A stretch of 64,000 nt of DNA from an uncultured delta proteobacterium (GCA_963737905.1 CAVTUQ010000025.1:192001-256000), one strand, 5' to 3'. Counted from the stretch's first letter, positions 9,494 to 20,191 are shown. Notes: a model not told the origin generated them from the letters alone. Translations and numbers: made by a program.

Positions 9494-11633
9494 GAGCGCG
9501 CCCGTTGCTTAATTGACGAATCGGCTTACCCGTTGGCAAATTTATAAAAAATGTTGTTCCAACACCGACTTTACTCTCAACCGTGACAAATCCCCCATGT
9601 TCCTGGACAATTTGATGGGAAATCGAAAGCCCCAGGCCGCTACCCTCGTCTTTGCTGGTAAAAAATGGATCGAAGATATGGTCCAAGTTCTCGGCTGGAA
9701 TCCCTATCCCTGTATCGCGGACCTCAACTTGAACAAATTGGCCCGAGTGTCCTGCTTCGTCTCTGGAAATGAGTCGTGTGGATACGAAGATTGACCCACC
9801 CTCTCTCATTGCCTGGATGGCATTAAGTATAAGGTTCATAAATACCTGCTTCATCTGCTCCCTGTCAATCCAGACTCTAGGCAACCCCGGGCCAAAATCC
9901 CTTGTAATCTCAACACCTTTCTCCTTGGCCTCGCTCTCCAAGATACGCGCAATCCCGTCCACAACATCATTCATATTTTCTTCCGCGACATTGGGGCGCG
10001 ACGGCCGTGCAAAACTCAAGAGATCGTTGATCAAGCCGCAAATGCGATCCACCTCCTTCAGTGCAATGCCCTGAAATCCCTCACGAAATTCAGCGTCATT
10101 GTAACGCTCCGGCAAAAGCTGGGTGAAAGTCCGGATGGCGACTAAGGGATTGCGAATTTCGTGGGCGAGTCCGGCGGTAAGTAGTCCCAAAGAAGAAAGC
10201 CGGTCCGCCCGGCGGAGCGTATCCTGGGACTGCTTAAGGTTTTCATAGAGTCGAGCATTTTCTAAAGCAATAGCGGCCTGATTGGCTAAAGTGGACAAGA
10301 GTTCCAAATCTTCGCTAGAATAGATTTCCTTCTCCCGCTTGTGACCCAAATTGAGGATCCCGATAAGTTTCTCTTTGGAAATGATTGGCACGCTAATTTC
10401 TGCACCGAGTTCTCCCATTTTTTCCGCAACCTCGAGTCCAGAGACCCTATCCTGAGCCATTTCTAGTTCTTCCTTAACGACTCCCTCCTGGCTACCCGTC
10501 AGCCGCTGAATCAGTGGATCACTCTTCGAAAGCAAGGCTTGAAGGTATCCGTTTCTCTCCTGACCGATGTTTGCTTTGAGATTATAAACTCCCTTGGTCT
10601 CATCCAACAAATAAAAAGATGCGGTTTCAGTCCCCAGAGCCCGGCTAACCGTCTTCACCAGACTATTGGATAAATTTTCTAAATCGACGATAGATACCAT
10701 TTCCTTGCTGGAACGAAGAAGCGTTTCCCGGTAATTGACGCGTTTCTGGAAGAGAACTCTTTCCAATGCGTCTTCAGTCTTGAATCGAACCTTCGGAAAA
10801 AGAAATCCCACCATAATAAAAAGCATGAGGGTAACCATGGAGAACGTGTAATTGATACTGTCGAAAGCAAGCTTTTGCCCCCAAACAACCACGAGGAAAC
10901 AAGGAACTAAAAGTGCCGCCAATAGAAGTGCATAAATAAGACTCTTCCTGATTACGACCTCAATATCGAGGAGTCTGTACCGAGCGATGGCATATGTGAT
11001 CGGAGCTGTATAAAGATACGCTAACGGCGCTCCGAACGGCTGAATTCCAGCCTGAATTATTGGTAAGAACGACGTCCCTGCGCCCAGAAAGCCTATGAGA
11101 CTAGCGTAGATAGCATACCTCAGTTGATTCTTTCGAACTGGCAGATCGCTCCGTTTATACCCATCAATCAACCGATACAGTCCGTAAGAAGGGATTGAGA
11201 CATAAAGAACGAAATGCAAAATATAGGCTTTGGTAGGAATTTCGTAGAAGCCAAGCGAGGGATCGGCGCGTACTCCTCGTGTAAGAGCCCCATTAATTAA
11301 CAAAAGAAAATCTACGATCGCTGCGACGTACCCTGCCAGCAGCACCGCCCGGCTTTCATCCTCCTCTCCCAAAAGAGAAACGCAAAAATGAAGATAAACA
11401 GGAGGGACGAATATTGCGGAAAAATAGATCAGATACACAGTTTGCTCTGCAACATACCTCGTTTCAGCAATGGCAATCAGAAAACGGCCTGCGTGCCAAA
11501 CACTAATTGACAAGCACAGTAGAAACCAAGTTCGACGAACGATAGGTTTTGATTGCCCACGGTACAGGACAAATAGCCCTGCAAATAGGCTAAGAAAAGT
11601 TCCCAGAAGAAAGTTTACTTCGTACCAGGTCAT
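9465..11633 (-). CDS. Membrane sensor histidine kinase (multi-TM HisKA_7TM-like N-terminus, GAF, HisKA, HATPase)
   Basis: About 8-9 hydrophobic helices; GAF ending [15 protein letters not shown]; LAHEIRNPL; NLILNA, DTGIG, GSGLGL. Confidence 0.92.
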   Translation of the reverse strand: MTWYEVNFLLGTFLSLFAGLFVLYRGQSKPIVRRTWFLLCLSISVWHAGRFLIAIAETRYVAEQTVYLIYFSAIFVPPVYLHFCVSLLGEEDESRAVLLAGYVAAIVDFLLLINGALTRGVRADPSLGFYEIPTKAYILHFVLYVSIPSYGLYRLIDGYKRSDLPVRKNQLRYAIYASLIGFLGAGTSFLPIIQAGIQPFGAPLAYLYTAPITYAIARYRLLDIEVVIRKSLIYALLLAALLVPCFLVVVWGQKLAFDSINYTFSMVTLMLFIMVGFLFPKVRFKTEDALERVLFQKRVNYRETLLRSSKEMVSIVDLENLSNSLVKTVSRALGTETASFYLLDETKGVYNLKANIGQERNGYLQALLSKSDPLIQRLTGSQEGVVKEELEMAQDRVSGLEVAEKMGELGAEISVPIISKEKLIGILNLGHKREKEIYSSEDLELLSTLANQAAIALENARLYENLKQSQDTLRRADRLSSLGLLTAGLAHEIRNPLVAIRTFTQLLPERYNDAEFREGFQGIALKEVDRICGLINDLLSFARPSRPNVAEENMNDVVDGIARILESEAKEKGVEITRDFGPGLPRVWIDREQMKQVFMNLILNAIQAMREGGSIFVSTRLISRDEAGHSGQFVQVEVRDTGIGIPAENLDHIFDPFFTSKDEGSGLGLSISHQIVQEHGGFVTVESKVGVGTTFFINLPTGKPIRQLSNGRAHANEANLSH

Positions 11634-11635
11634 GT

Positions 11636-12895
11636 TTATGCGTCAAACTTCCGGATGACGCACGCGGCGTTGTGTCCCCCAAAGCCGCTTGAATTGGAAA
11701 GTATCGTTGAGATGCGCAAAGGTCTCCCGACATTCGGAACGTAATCCAGGTCGCATTCCGGATCCTTTGACGCTAAATTGATAGTAGGATGGACGTATTG
11801 ATTCTCCAGGGTTAAAGCGCACGCTACAAATTCCAAAGCGCCACAAGCACCCATGGTATGACCGACGATTGATTTGGTTGAATTTACTACTAAGCCGTAG
11901 GCGTGGCCACCGAAGGCTCTTTTGATTGCAAGTGTCTCGATCTTGTCATTAAGAACTGTGCCACTACCATGAGCGTTCACATAGTCAATCTCCTTTGGCA
12001 TTACACCAGCATCTGCTAAAGCCTTTAGCATTGCTTTGGCTCCAAATTCAGCCGACGGTAGCGGCTGCAGCTCGTGGTAACTATCAAAGGTAGCAGCATA
12101 GCCTAAGATCTCGCCGTATATTTTTGCTAGGCGTCGCTGCGCGTGCTCAAGTTCCTCTAAGATTACCAAGGCTGCCCCTTCTGCCAGTACGGTGCCGTTT
12201 CGATCCTTGCTGAACGGACGGCACGCCTTGGTCGGTTGATCATTCTCAGTCGATAGGATCCCCGCGGAAGAAAAGGTAGCTATAGCCAAAGGTGTGATCG
12301 GAGCCTCAGAAGCTCCGGCAATAGCAATATCAAAACTGCCATCCCTGATGGAGCGAAAAGCTTCTCCAATAGCGCTAGTTCCAGACGCACATGCGCTTGT
12401 AATTGTTGAGACTGACCCATGTATCCCCAACGCCTTGCCAATTTGGGCTGGGCACGAGCTTGGGAGAGCACTGTGATTAAAAAAAGGAGGGATTCGTCTC
12501 AAGCCTTTCGTAACGAAAAGCGAGTGAATTTCCTCTGCCTGAGAAAACGCACCCAAGGAAGTCCCAAGGACAACACAGGTTCTTTCTCGATCGCAAGAAT
12601 CAAACTGTCTCGTTAGATCTGCATCCTCCCAGGCAAGTTTTCCAGCAGCCAAGCCTAGAAGAGAAAACCTACTCAGGCGACGGGTTAGCTCATAGGGATG
12701 AAAGGCGTGAGGGTCGAAATCCTCCATCTGTCCTGCAATCCTTACGGGATATGTCTCAGCATCGAAACTCGTGATAGGGCGGATTCCTGAGCGGCCGTGT
12801 TTCAATGCGTCCCAAAACTGCGCCTTCCCGATTCCCACTGAGGACAGAATACCCAAGCCAGTGATCACAACCCTACGACGATTAGGTAACGTCAC
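11636..12895 (-). CDS. Beta-ketoacyl-ACP synthase II-like ketosynthase (FabF family)
   Basis: RRVVITGLG; Cys-His-His triad in TSACASG, NAHGSGT and KSIVGH; NSSGFGG. AGGAG RBS before GTG. Confidence 0.93.
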   Translation of the reverse strand: MTLPNRRRVVITGLGILSSVGIGKAQFWDALKHGRSGIRPITSFDAETYPVRIAGQMEDFDPHAFHPYELTRRLSRFSLLGLAAGKLAWEDADLTRQFDSCDRERTCVVLGTSLGAFSQAEEIHSLFVTKGLRRIPPFFNHSALPSSCPAQIGKALGIHGSVSTITSACASGTSAIGEAFRSIRDGSFDIAIAGASEAPITPLAIATFSSAGILSTENDQPTKACRPFSKDRNGTVLAEGAALVILEELEHAQRRLAKIYGEILGYAATFDSYHELQPLPSAEFGAKAMLKALADAGVMPKEIDYVNAHGSGTVLNDKIETLAIKRAFGGHAYGLVVNSTKSIVGHTMGACGALEFVACALTLENQYVHPTINLASKDPECDLDYVPNVGRPLRISTILSNSSGFGGHNAACVIRKFDA

Positions 12896-13034
12896 ACGTT
12901 GCTCCTAATAGTTCTTAAACCAGGGAATGGCTAACGTAATAAAGAATCGGCTGTTAAATTTTCGCGCGAGTCGTTTTACTCTAATAGTCTGAGAATTAGG
13001 ACTAGGGATTTTCATAACCGTACCGTTGCTGCCG

Positions 13035-13214
13035 TCAGGATTCAATGTTCGAGTTCTTTCTCAACCAATCGTCGATCAAATTCTGCTTGAAACGCCATTG
13101 ACTCCCTACTTTAAAGGCGGGTATTTTTTTTTGGGTGACTAATCGATAAACGGTGAACTTGTCTACCCTTAAATATTGGGCAACTTGGTCGATTGTCAGG
13201 AGTTTCTCTTGCAT
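13035..13214 (-). CDS. Small excisionase-like HTH DNA-binding protein (HTH_17/BldC-like)
   Basis: LLTIDQVAQYLRVDKFTVYRLV...IPAFKVGSQWRF...IDDWL. Confidence 0.9.
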   Translation of the reverse strand: MQEKLLTIDQVAQYLRVDKFTVYRLVTQKKIPAFKVGSQWRFKQNLIDDWLRKNSNIES

Positions 13215-13225
13215 AATCATGCCCT

Positions 13226-13246
13226 TTATGACAGTTTCTGTCATAA
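13226..13246. promoter_or_regulatory. Perfect palindrome TTATGACAG-TTT-CTGTCATAA, putative operator
   Basis: 9-3-9 inverted repeat in the divergent HTH/ACP intergenic region. Confidence 0.65.
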
Positions 13247-13315
13247 TCTTTGCACTGTTTGCTTTCTTTTGATAGCCATATATAACAGATAGCAAATTGA
13301 GTCAAACTACCCACA

Positions 13316-13582
13316 GTGACCCCGGATAAATCAAAATCTGTCGAGGAAAACCTTAAGGAATTGATCGCTCAGGAGTTCGGGGTGGACCGGTCCAGAATAT
13401 CTCGTCACTCCAAAGTTAAGGAATTAGGGCGAGACTCCTTAGCGTTGTTAGAGCTCCTAGCTACAGTCGAAATTCAATTTGAGATTTCAATTCCAGACGA
13501 AGAAGCAACAAAAATATCATCCTTTGAATCACTGGTTCATTCAATAGAAAAGCATCTAGAGATGAAGTCAGACTCGACATGA
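13316..13582 (+). CDS. Acyl carrier protein
   Basis: LGRDSLALLEL phosphopantetheine Ser motif; FEISIPDEEA. Confidence 0.9.
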   Translation: MTPDKSKSVEENLKELIAQEFGVDRSRISRHSKVKELGRDSLALLELLATVEIQFEISIPDEEATKISSFESLVHSIEKHLEMKSDST

Positions 13583-14856
13583 AGGAAAGACGAGTAGTTG
13601 TCACTGGAACCGGATTAATTACTCCCTTTGGTATTGGCCGGAGAAAATTTTGGGACGCAATTAGATCAGGATGTTCAGGAATTTCTAAGATTCGTCAATT
13701 TGACTCGTCTCAGTTGAAGTGCCAAATCGCTGGGGCCTGCCACGACTTTGATCCGGCTTTTTTTTTTCTGGATCCGGACGATTTTCGCAGGATGGATCGA
13801 GTTTCCCAATTTGCTGTAGCGGCTGGATCCTTAGCCGTCAGAGAAAGTGGACTATGTAAGAACAGCTGCGACACTGGTGTTATAATCGGAACAGGGCTTG
13901 GCGGAATAACAACCGATGATGTGCAACATGCATTACTGCACGCAAAGGGAGCAAGGTTCGTTCAACCCACAGCCATTCCGATGATTATGTACAATGCTGC
14001 GGCGAGCCATATTTCTAGCCGTTTCGGCTTCAAAGGGCCAGGGTACACCATTACAACTGCGTGCGCGTCAGGCACACAAGCCATCGGAGAGGCTTACAGA
14101 CTAATTAAACACGGCTATACTCATACTATGATTGCTGGGGGCGCAGACGCACCATTAAGTTTTGGAATTTTCAGCGCGTGGTGTGCTTTGAGAATTCTCT
14201 CAACGAGAAACAGCGATCCCACAACTGCTTGCAGGCCATTTAGCCAGGATAGAGATGGCATGGTCTTAGCCGAAGGCGCAGGCATTGTGGTTCTAGAGGA
14301 ATTACAACATGCTATGAATCGATTCTCACCTATACATGCAGAGGTTATTGGCTATGGTTCGAGTAACGATGCATATCATATCACGCATCCGGACGTGGAC
14401 GGAGAGGCCGAAGCGATAAAAAATGCCATGAAAGATGCCGGACTCGCTCCGAACGATATAGATTATATAAACGCACACGGTACGGGTACAAAAATAAATG
14501 ATTTGGCCGAGACAGCAGCAATCAAAAAGGTGTTCGAGAAGCGAGCATACTCTGTTCCTATAAGCTCTACAAAGTCGATGATCGGACATGCTATGGGTGG
14601 TGCCGGCGCAATAGAATTCATAGTTTGCTGCCTATCGCTCCAACATGATCTTATCCCGCCCACTATAAACTACTACGTTCGTGACCCCGAATGTGACCTC
14701 GACTACGTACCAAATGTTGCTAGGGCGGAGTCACTTGATATAGCCATGTCCAACTCCTTTGGCTTCGGAGGCACGAACGCGGTTCTTATTCTCAAAAAGC
14801 TTTCACAGAATTTGGACGTTGCGGTCGCTCATAGGCCAAATCCGACACCGTCATAA
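13579..14856 (+). CDS. Beta-ketoacyl-ACP synthase II-like ketosynthase (FabF family)
   Basis: RRVVVTGTG; TACASG, NAHGTGT, KSMIGH; NSFGFGG. 4-nt overlap with the ACP gene. Confidence 0.94.
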   Translation: MKERRVVVTGTGLITPFGIGRRKFWDAIRSGCSGISKIRQFDSSQLKCQIAGACHDFDPAFFFLDPDDFRRMDRVSQFAVAAGSLAVRESGLCKNSCDTGVIIGTGLGGITTDDVQHALLHAKGARFVQPTAIPMIMYNAAASHISSRFGFKGPGYTITTACASGTQAIGEAYRLIKHGYTHTMIAGGADAPLSFGIFSAWCALRILSTRNSDPTTACRPFSQDRDGMVLAEGAGIVVLEELQHAMNRFSPIHAEVIGYGSSNDAYHITHPDVDGEAEAIKNAMKDAGLAPNDIDYINAHGTGTKINDLAETAAIKKVFEKRAYSVPISSTKSMIGHAMGGAGAIEFIVCCLSLQHDLIPPTINYYVRDPECDLDYVPNVARAESLDIAMSNSFGFGGTNAVLILKKLSQNLDVAVAHRPNPTPS

Positions 14857-15108
14857 GTCTACTGGAGCTCTTGTCGAACTGAGCTTCAAGACGGAGGATG
14901 CGGCTGCCCGTTTTAACTGGCTTTAATTCTGGTTCGTCCTGCTACTTCCAGGTTCTCGTTCTTGTCCGACCAGTAAGTCGTTAATTTCTTCAAGTTTTGG
15001 GTTTTCGAACGTGTGGTAGTTTAGCAAAATTTTCTTGCACCGATGCGGTTGTTATGACATCATTTAGCAACAATTAGCAGCCTTATAGCAAAATTGGAGA
15101 AAGTCTGG

Positions 15109-16398
15109 ATGAACCTATACAATTGGTTTCGAATTTTCGCTTTAGTACTTGCTACAATCACCCCCAGAGTGGCCTTTCCGGGTGGATTCATGCTGCCTTA
15201 CCAGACCGCAAGAGGCCTTGCCTTGTCAAACGCGCTCACCGCTGGCATTGATGATCCGTCAGCCGTATTTTATAACCCTGCCGGTTTGGGGGAGGTAACT
15301 GGAAATCAACTTTTGATCAACGGGACTTATATAAATGCCCAAAACAGCGTCGAAAACAGCGGGAGAAAAGTTACAAACAAACATGACAACAACTTCCTCG
15401 CAACTTTTTTTGCGAACTATCACATCCCAGGCACTGATTTCACCCTCGGGATAGGCACCTATACCCCGTTCGGACTCGCGACAGAATATGGAAATGATAC
15501 TTTCACTCGTTTTGCTGCAATCGATACGGAGCTAAAAACCATTTATGTCACGCCTGCTTTGTCTTGGAAACCATCAAATTATTTTTCTTTCGGTGCCGGG
15601 CTGAGTTTTGTTCATTCTTCGGAAGTTGTTTCTAGAGCATTGTGCTTCGATCCCATTTCCGGTTGTACGCAGCCTTTAGGTCTCGAAGGAAAAGTTCGAA
15701 TTACTGACACAGCAGATGCGTTCGCTTATAACCTTGGCTTCCTTGTTAAACCTACGGAGAATCTCAAGTTCGGATTTAGCTACAGATCACGGGTCGACCT
15801 GCGATTCGATAACGCCGATGCAAAGTTCGGAGGCTCGTTCTCGATCCCAACGGTGAAGAGCAATGTCAGACCATTGCCGCTTCCTCCAGTTATTAACGCC
15901 GGACTCTTTTGGCAAATTACTCCTTCATGGGGCGCCGAGTTTGTCTATGAGTACACGCGATGGAGCGAAGTTAAGAGTCTCAGCGCAAGTTTTTCCCCAA
16001 TACCTTTATTTCTACCACTCGGCGTACCAGTATCTGGTTTCAGTTCACCTCAGGAATGGAAAAATACTAGCACCTTACGATTTGGCAGTTTTTACCGGTT
16101 CGACGATAGATGGGAAATACGAGGAGGAATAGGTTTAGAAGAAACACCAATTCCAAACCGAACGCTCAGCCCTGCCATTCCAGGCGCCGACCTTTTTACC
16201 CTTAATACTGGAGTGGGCTACAAATGGCATAGTATGACTGTCGATCTCGGCTATACTGCGGTGTTTTACCAAACACGTCGAATAACTAACTCCGAGCTAG
16301 AAGGACTTACAGGCATACCATTTCTAGGCGCGCCAGGAAAAGATAAATACCAAAACTTCGGAAACCTGGTGTCTCTCACGTTGGGATACCGTTTCTAG
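15109..16398 (+). CDS. OmpP1/FadL family outer-membrane hydrophobic-compound channel
   Basis: Signal peptide, GGF...ARGLALSNA, DDPSAVFYNPAGL hatch motif, C-terminal GYRF. GGAGA RBS. Confidence 0.9.
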   Translation: MNLYNWFRIFALVLATITPRVAFPGGFMLPYQTARGLALSNALTAGIDDPSAVFYNPAGLGEVTGNQLLINGTYINAQNSVENSGRKVTNKHDNNFLATFFANYHIPGTDFTLGIGTYTPFGLATEYGNDTFTRFAAIDTELKTIYVTPALSWKPSNYFSFGAGLSFVHSSEVVSRALCFDPISGCTQPLGLEGKVRITDTADAFAYNLGFLVKPTENLKFGFSYRSRVDLRFDNADAKFGGSFSIPTVKSNVRPLPLPPVINAGLFWQITPSWGAEFVYEYTRWSEVKSLSASFSPIPLFLPLGVPVSGFSSPQEWKNTSTLRFGSFYRFDDRWEIRGGIGLEETPIPNRTLSPAIPGADLFTLNTGVGYKWHSMTVDLGYTAVFYQTRRITNSELEGLTGIPFLGAPGKDKYQNFGNLVSLTLGYRF

Positions 16399-16685
16399 AT
16401 TCCATTGCGTGCTGCTTTGTTGGTGGCTTGCCCTCTCTTATCGGACCAGCCAATAGAATTGTTCTGTGATCACGTAACTTCATCCCTCCCAGCCAAGTTC
16501 GTTTCTTGCCCGGCCAAATCGACGTAGCCTTTCAAATTATTAGACTAATGAACAGACTGGGAATTGTGAAATTCTATATGGATGCTCGACCGATTTTTGA
16601 GAAAATGCCTGATCTCCCTTGCCAAAGCTTAAATTGAGTTTATTTGTTCGTTCTAGTACTTTCGCTTGTGCAGAAAGTGGAAAAA

Positions 16686-18431
16686 TCATGGACTCTTATC
16701 GCTCTTCCATGCCCTCTCCATCCTTGCCCACGTATCCCTTAATGTTACGGTTCGGTTAAAAACCAGGTGTCCGGGCGAGGAATCGACGTTGTCCACGCAA
16801 AAATAGCCGAGTCTTTCAAACTGATACCGTTCTCCTCCTTTTGCATTCGCCAGAACAGGCTCAACCTTACAGCCGGTCAATCGTTCCAAAGATTTAGGAT
16901 TGATGTTCGTCATCCAATCGGAGCCATCCGAAACGTCATCCGGGTCTTCTTTTGTGAAGAGATGATCGTAAAGTCGAACCTCGGCTTCCAAGGCATGACT
17001 CGCCGACACCCAATGAATCGTCGCTTTCACCTTGCGACTGCTTCGAGATGATCCGCTCTTCGTTTCCGGGTCATAGGTGCAGTGAATTTCTTTTATTTCT
17101 CCTGTCTGGGGGTCCTTCACCACGCCGACGCATTTAACGATATAAGCATACCGCAGGCGCACTTCGCGACCGGGTGACAATCGAAAATATCCTTTGGGCG
17201 GTTCTTCGCGAAAATCGTCCTGCTCAATATAGATCTCTCTGGAGAAGGAAACTTTCCGCGTACCCATGCTTGGATCTTCCGGATTGTTCACCGCATCGAG
17301 TTCCTCAACTTGGCCCGCTGGATAGTTATCGATCACAACCTTAAGCGGTCGCAGAACAGCCATGACCCTGGGCGCGCGTTTGTTCAAATCTTCCCTTAAC
17401 GAGTGCTCTAGCATGGCGATATCCACCGTGCTATTTCGCTTAGCAACGCCGATGCGCTCACAAAAAGTTCGAATGGCTTCGGGCGTGTACCCGCGACGCC
17501 GAAAGCCCGCCAGTGTAGGCATTCGCGGATCGTCCCAGGCAGTCACGTGGCCTTGCTGGACCAGTTGCAATAGCTTTCGCTTACTCAGAGCTGTGTACGT
17601 CAAGTTGAGGCGCGCGAATTCTATCTGTTGCGGGTGGTGGATGCCCAGCTGTGCTAAAAACCAATCGTACAAAGGACGATGGTCTTCAAACTCGAGCGTG
17701 CAGATGGAATGGGTGATCCCTTCTATCGAATCCGACTGGCCATGGGCAAAGTCGTAAGTCGGATAAACGCACCATCGGTCGCTGGTGCGGTGATGGGTCG
17801 CGTGGAGGATACGATACATCACCGGATCTCGCATATTCAGGTTAGGCGATGCCATGTCGATTTTCGCCCTAAGAGTTCGGGCCCCGTCGGGAAACTCGCC
17901 CGCCTTCATGCGGTCGAGCAAGTCGAGATTCTCTTCCACGGATCGTTCCCGGTAGGGACTATTCTTTCCAGGTTCGGTTAAAGTGCCACGGTATTCACGG
18001 ATGTCGTCTGCATTCAAATCACAAACAAACGCCTTGCCTGCCTCGATCAGTTGAATCGCGTATTGGTAGAGCTGCGCGAAGTAGTCCGAAGCGTAGTACT
18101 CCCGATCACCCCAACCGAATCCCAGCCAGCGCACGTCCGCTTTGATGGATTCCACATACTCAACATTTTCCTTGCTCGGATTGGTATCATCAAACCGAAG
18201 ATTGCAGAGCCCATTGAACTCGGCGGCGAGACCAAAATTGAGACAGATGGATTTCGCGTGACCGATATGCAGATAGCCGTTCGGCTCTGGCGGAAACCGC
18301 GTGTGAACTCGGCCTCCATTCTTGTTTTGCTGGAGGTCCTCGATAACTATGTTTCGAATAAAATGAGACGGCGTTTCCTCTATCGGTGCCGCTACAGACC
18401 TTTCACTGCGTCTATTTAAATTCTCGTCCAC
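16686..18431 (-). CDS. glnS: Glutaminyl-tRNA synthetase
   Basis: [21 protein letters not shown] and [11 protein letters not shown] 18431 with an AGGGA RBS is preferred over 18473. Confidence 0.97.
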   Translation of the reverse strand: MDENLNRRSERSVAAPIEETPSHFIRNIVIEDLQQNKNGGRVHTRFPPEPNGYLHIGHAKSICLNFGLAAEFNGLCNLRFDDTNPSKENVEYVESIKADVRWLGFGWGDREYYASDYFAQLYQYAIQLIEAGKAFVCDLNADDIREYRGTLTEPGKNSPYRERSVEENLDLLDRMKAGEFPDGARTLRAKIDMASPNLNMRDPVMYRILHATHHRTSDRWCVYPTYDFAHGQSDSIEGITHSICTLEFEDHRPLYDWFLAQLGIHHPQQIEFARLNLTYTALSKRKLLQLVQQGHVTAWDDPRMPTLAGFRRRGYTPEAIRTFCERIGVAKRNSTVDIAMLEHSLREDLNKRAPRVMAVLRPLKVVIDNYPAGQVEELDAVNNPEDPSMGTRKVSFSREIYIEQDDFREEPPKGYFRLSPGREVRLRYAYIVKCVGVVKDPQTGEIKEIHCTYDPETKSGSSRSSRKVKATIHWVSASHALEAEVRLYDHLFTKEDPDDVSDGSDWMTNINPKSLERLTGCKVEPVLANAKGGERYQFERLGYFCVDNVDSSPGHLVFNRTVTLRDTWARMERAWKSDKSP

Positions 18432-18558
18432 GGTATTCCCTACAATTCTAGAGATTAACAGGTGCGACGCCATTTGTCATTATGAAACCGCTGCGTAAGA
18501 AGAGTCCTTCAGAGTTCGTGTCGTTGACCCCACTTCGAGTCCTTGTTACTTTGCAGAA

Positions 18559-19974
18559 ATGGCACAGGTTCGCACTCGTTTTGCTCCGAGTCCAACTGGC
18601 TATTTGCATATCGGCGGCGCACGAACGGCTCTGTTTAACTTTCTTTTTGCGGGTCACAACAGCGGCAAGTTCATTCTCCGAATCGAAGACACCGACCGTG
18701 AACGATCAACACCGGAAGCCATCAAGGCTATCCTGGACGCAATGAATTGGCTCGGTCTCGATTGGGACGAAGGGCCATTTTACCAGACGGAGCGCGCTCC
18801 GCTCTACAAGGAAAAGATCCAGCAGCTGCTGGCGGAGGGTAAAGCGTATCCTTGTGTCTGCACGTCCGACGAACTGGATGCCAAGCGGCGGCAGGCTCAA
18901 AAAGAAAAACGAAAGCCCATGTATGATGGCACCTGTCGACCACCGGAAGGCGTGGTTCGGTCGTTACCAAAGGAGAAGCCATATACCGTAAGGTTTCGTT
19001 CTCCGCGCGATGGTTCGACGATTGTAGAAGATGTGGTCAAAGGCCGGGTTATTTTTGACAACCGTGAGCTGGATGACCTTATCCTTGTACGGTCCGACGG
19101 AACTCCTACCTACAACTTTTGTGTGGTCGTGGACGATATTGAGATGAACATCACGCACATCATTCGGGGAGATGATCACCTTGCCAATACGCCCAGACAG
19201 ATACTCCTTTATCACGCTCTGGGCCGCCTCCCGCCGCAGTTTGCGCACGTGCCGTTGATTCTCGGAACGGACAAAGCTCGCCTCAGCAAACGACACGGCG
19301 CCACCTCCGTGATGGCTTACCGAGAGATGGGCTACTTCCCCGAAGCCGTGCTGAATTACCTGGTCCGGCTCGGCTGGTCCCATGGCGACCAGGAAATTTT
19401 CTCCCGAGACGAGCTGATTGAAAAGTTCTCCCTGGAAGCCGTGGGAAAATCAGCCGGTGTATTCAACCCGGAAAAGTTCCTCTGGGTTAACTCTCATTAC
19501 TTGAAGGAACGTCCATTATCCCAACTGGCAGGGGACGTCATCCCTTACATCGCAGCCAAGGGTTATCTCGTTCCTCAGGACAAATCGTGGCTCGAAAGGA
19601 TGGTCAAAACATTACGGGAGCGCTCCAAGACCCTGGTGGAACTCGTTGACTCGGCGGGCTTTTACCTAACGGACGATATCTCCATCGATGAAAAAGCCGC
19701 GGCGAAATTCCTAACCCCAGAAGTCCAGGCGCCTATGATTAAACTAGTCGAAACCCTGACAGCTCTGGATGACTTCACCGAGGCCAATATTGAACGCGTT
19801 TTTTCAGCGGTACTAAAAGAACTGGGGCTATCCATGGGCATGCTCGCTCAACCCGTGCGCGTCGCACTCACCGGCTCTGCTGTCAGCCCCGGCATTCACG
19901 AAGTCATTGCGGTGCTCGGCAAAGACCGCACACTTGGGCGTCTACGATCGGCGCTACAGCGGCTTCAATCGTAG
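18559..19974 (+). CDS. gltX: Glutamyl-tRNA synthetase
   Basis: [26 protein letters not shown] and PVRVALTG. Confidence 0.97.
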   Translation: MAQVRTRFAPSPTGYLHIGGARTALFNFLFAGHNSGKFILRIEDTDRERSTPEAIKAILDAMNWLGLDWDEGPFYQTERAPLYKEKIQQLLAEGKAYPCVCTSDELDAKRRQAQKEKRKPMYDGTCRPPEGVVRSLPKEKPYTVRFRSPRDGSTIVEDVVKGRVIFDNRELDDLILVRSDGTPTYNFCVVVDDIEMNITHIIRGDDHLANTPRQILLYHALGRLPPQFAHVPLILGTDKARLSKRHGATSVMAYREMGYFPEAVLNYLVRLGWSHGDQEIFSRDELIEKFSLEAVGKSAGVFNPEKFLWVNSHYLKERPLSQLAGDVIPYIAAKGYLVPQDKSWLERMVKTLRERSKTLVELVDSAGFYLTDDISIDEKAAAKFLTPEVQAPMIKLVETLTALDDFTEANIERVFSAVLKELGLSMGMLAQPVRVALTGSAVSPGIHEVIAVLGKDRTLGRLRSALQRLQS

Positions 19975-19993
19975 TGCCCGCCGTTCCTCTAAC

Positions 19994-20022
19994 TTGACTC
20001 TCCCGGACAATTCTTTTAGTTT
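19994..20022 (+). promoter_or_regulatory. Sigma70-type promoter for the tRNA pair
   Basis: TTGACT-17 nt-TAGTTT, ending 17 nt upstream of tRNA-Gln. Confidence 0.6.
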
Positions 20023-20039
20023 AACTTCGCTGTCAAATT

Positions 20040-20115
20040 TGAGGAGTCGGCTAATTGGTAAGCCACCTGACTCTGGATCAGGCGATTGTAGGTTCGAGTC
20101 CTACCTCCTCAGCCA
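20040..20115 (+). tRNA. tRNA-Gln (anticodon CTG)
   Basis: Acceptor stem TGAGGAG/CTCCTCA, anticodon arm CCTGA-CTCTGGA-TCAGG, GGTTCGAG T-loop, encoded CCA. Confidence 0.96.
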
Positions 20116-20116
20116 A

Positions 20117-20191
20117 GGTCCCATCGTCTAGTGGTTAGGACACCGGCCTCTCACGTCGGTAACACGGGTTCGAATCCCGTTGGGACCACCA
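20117..20191 (+). tRNA. tRNA-Glu (anticodon CTC)
   Basis: Acceptor stem GGTCCCA/TGGGACC, anticodon arm CCGGC-CTCTCAC-GTCGG, GGTTCGAATCC, encoded CCA. Confidence 0.96.

Noticed and set aside
13035-13214. Excisionase as evidence of a prophage or ICE
   Set aside because: No integrase, att repeats or phage genes in the window. More likely a stand-alone regulator.
11636-14856. Type II PKS (KS-CLF) or aryl-polyene cluster
   Set aside because: Both ketosynthases retain the catalytic Cys-His-His, and no chain-length factor, cyclase, reductase or dehydratase is present.
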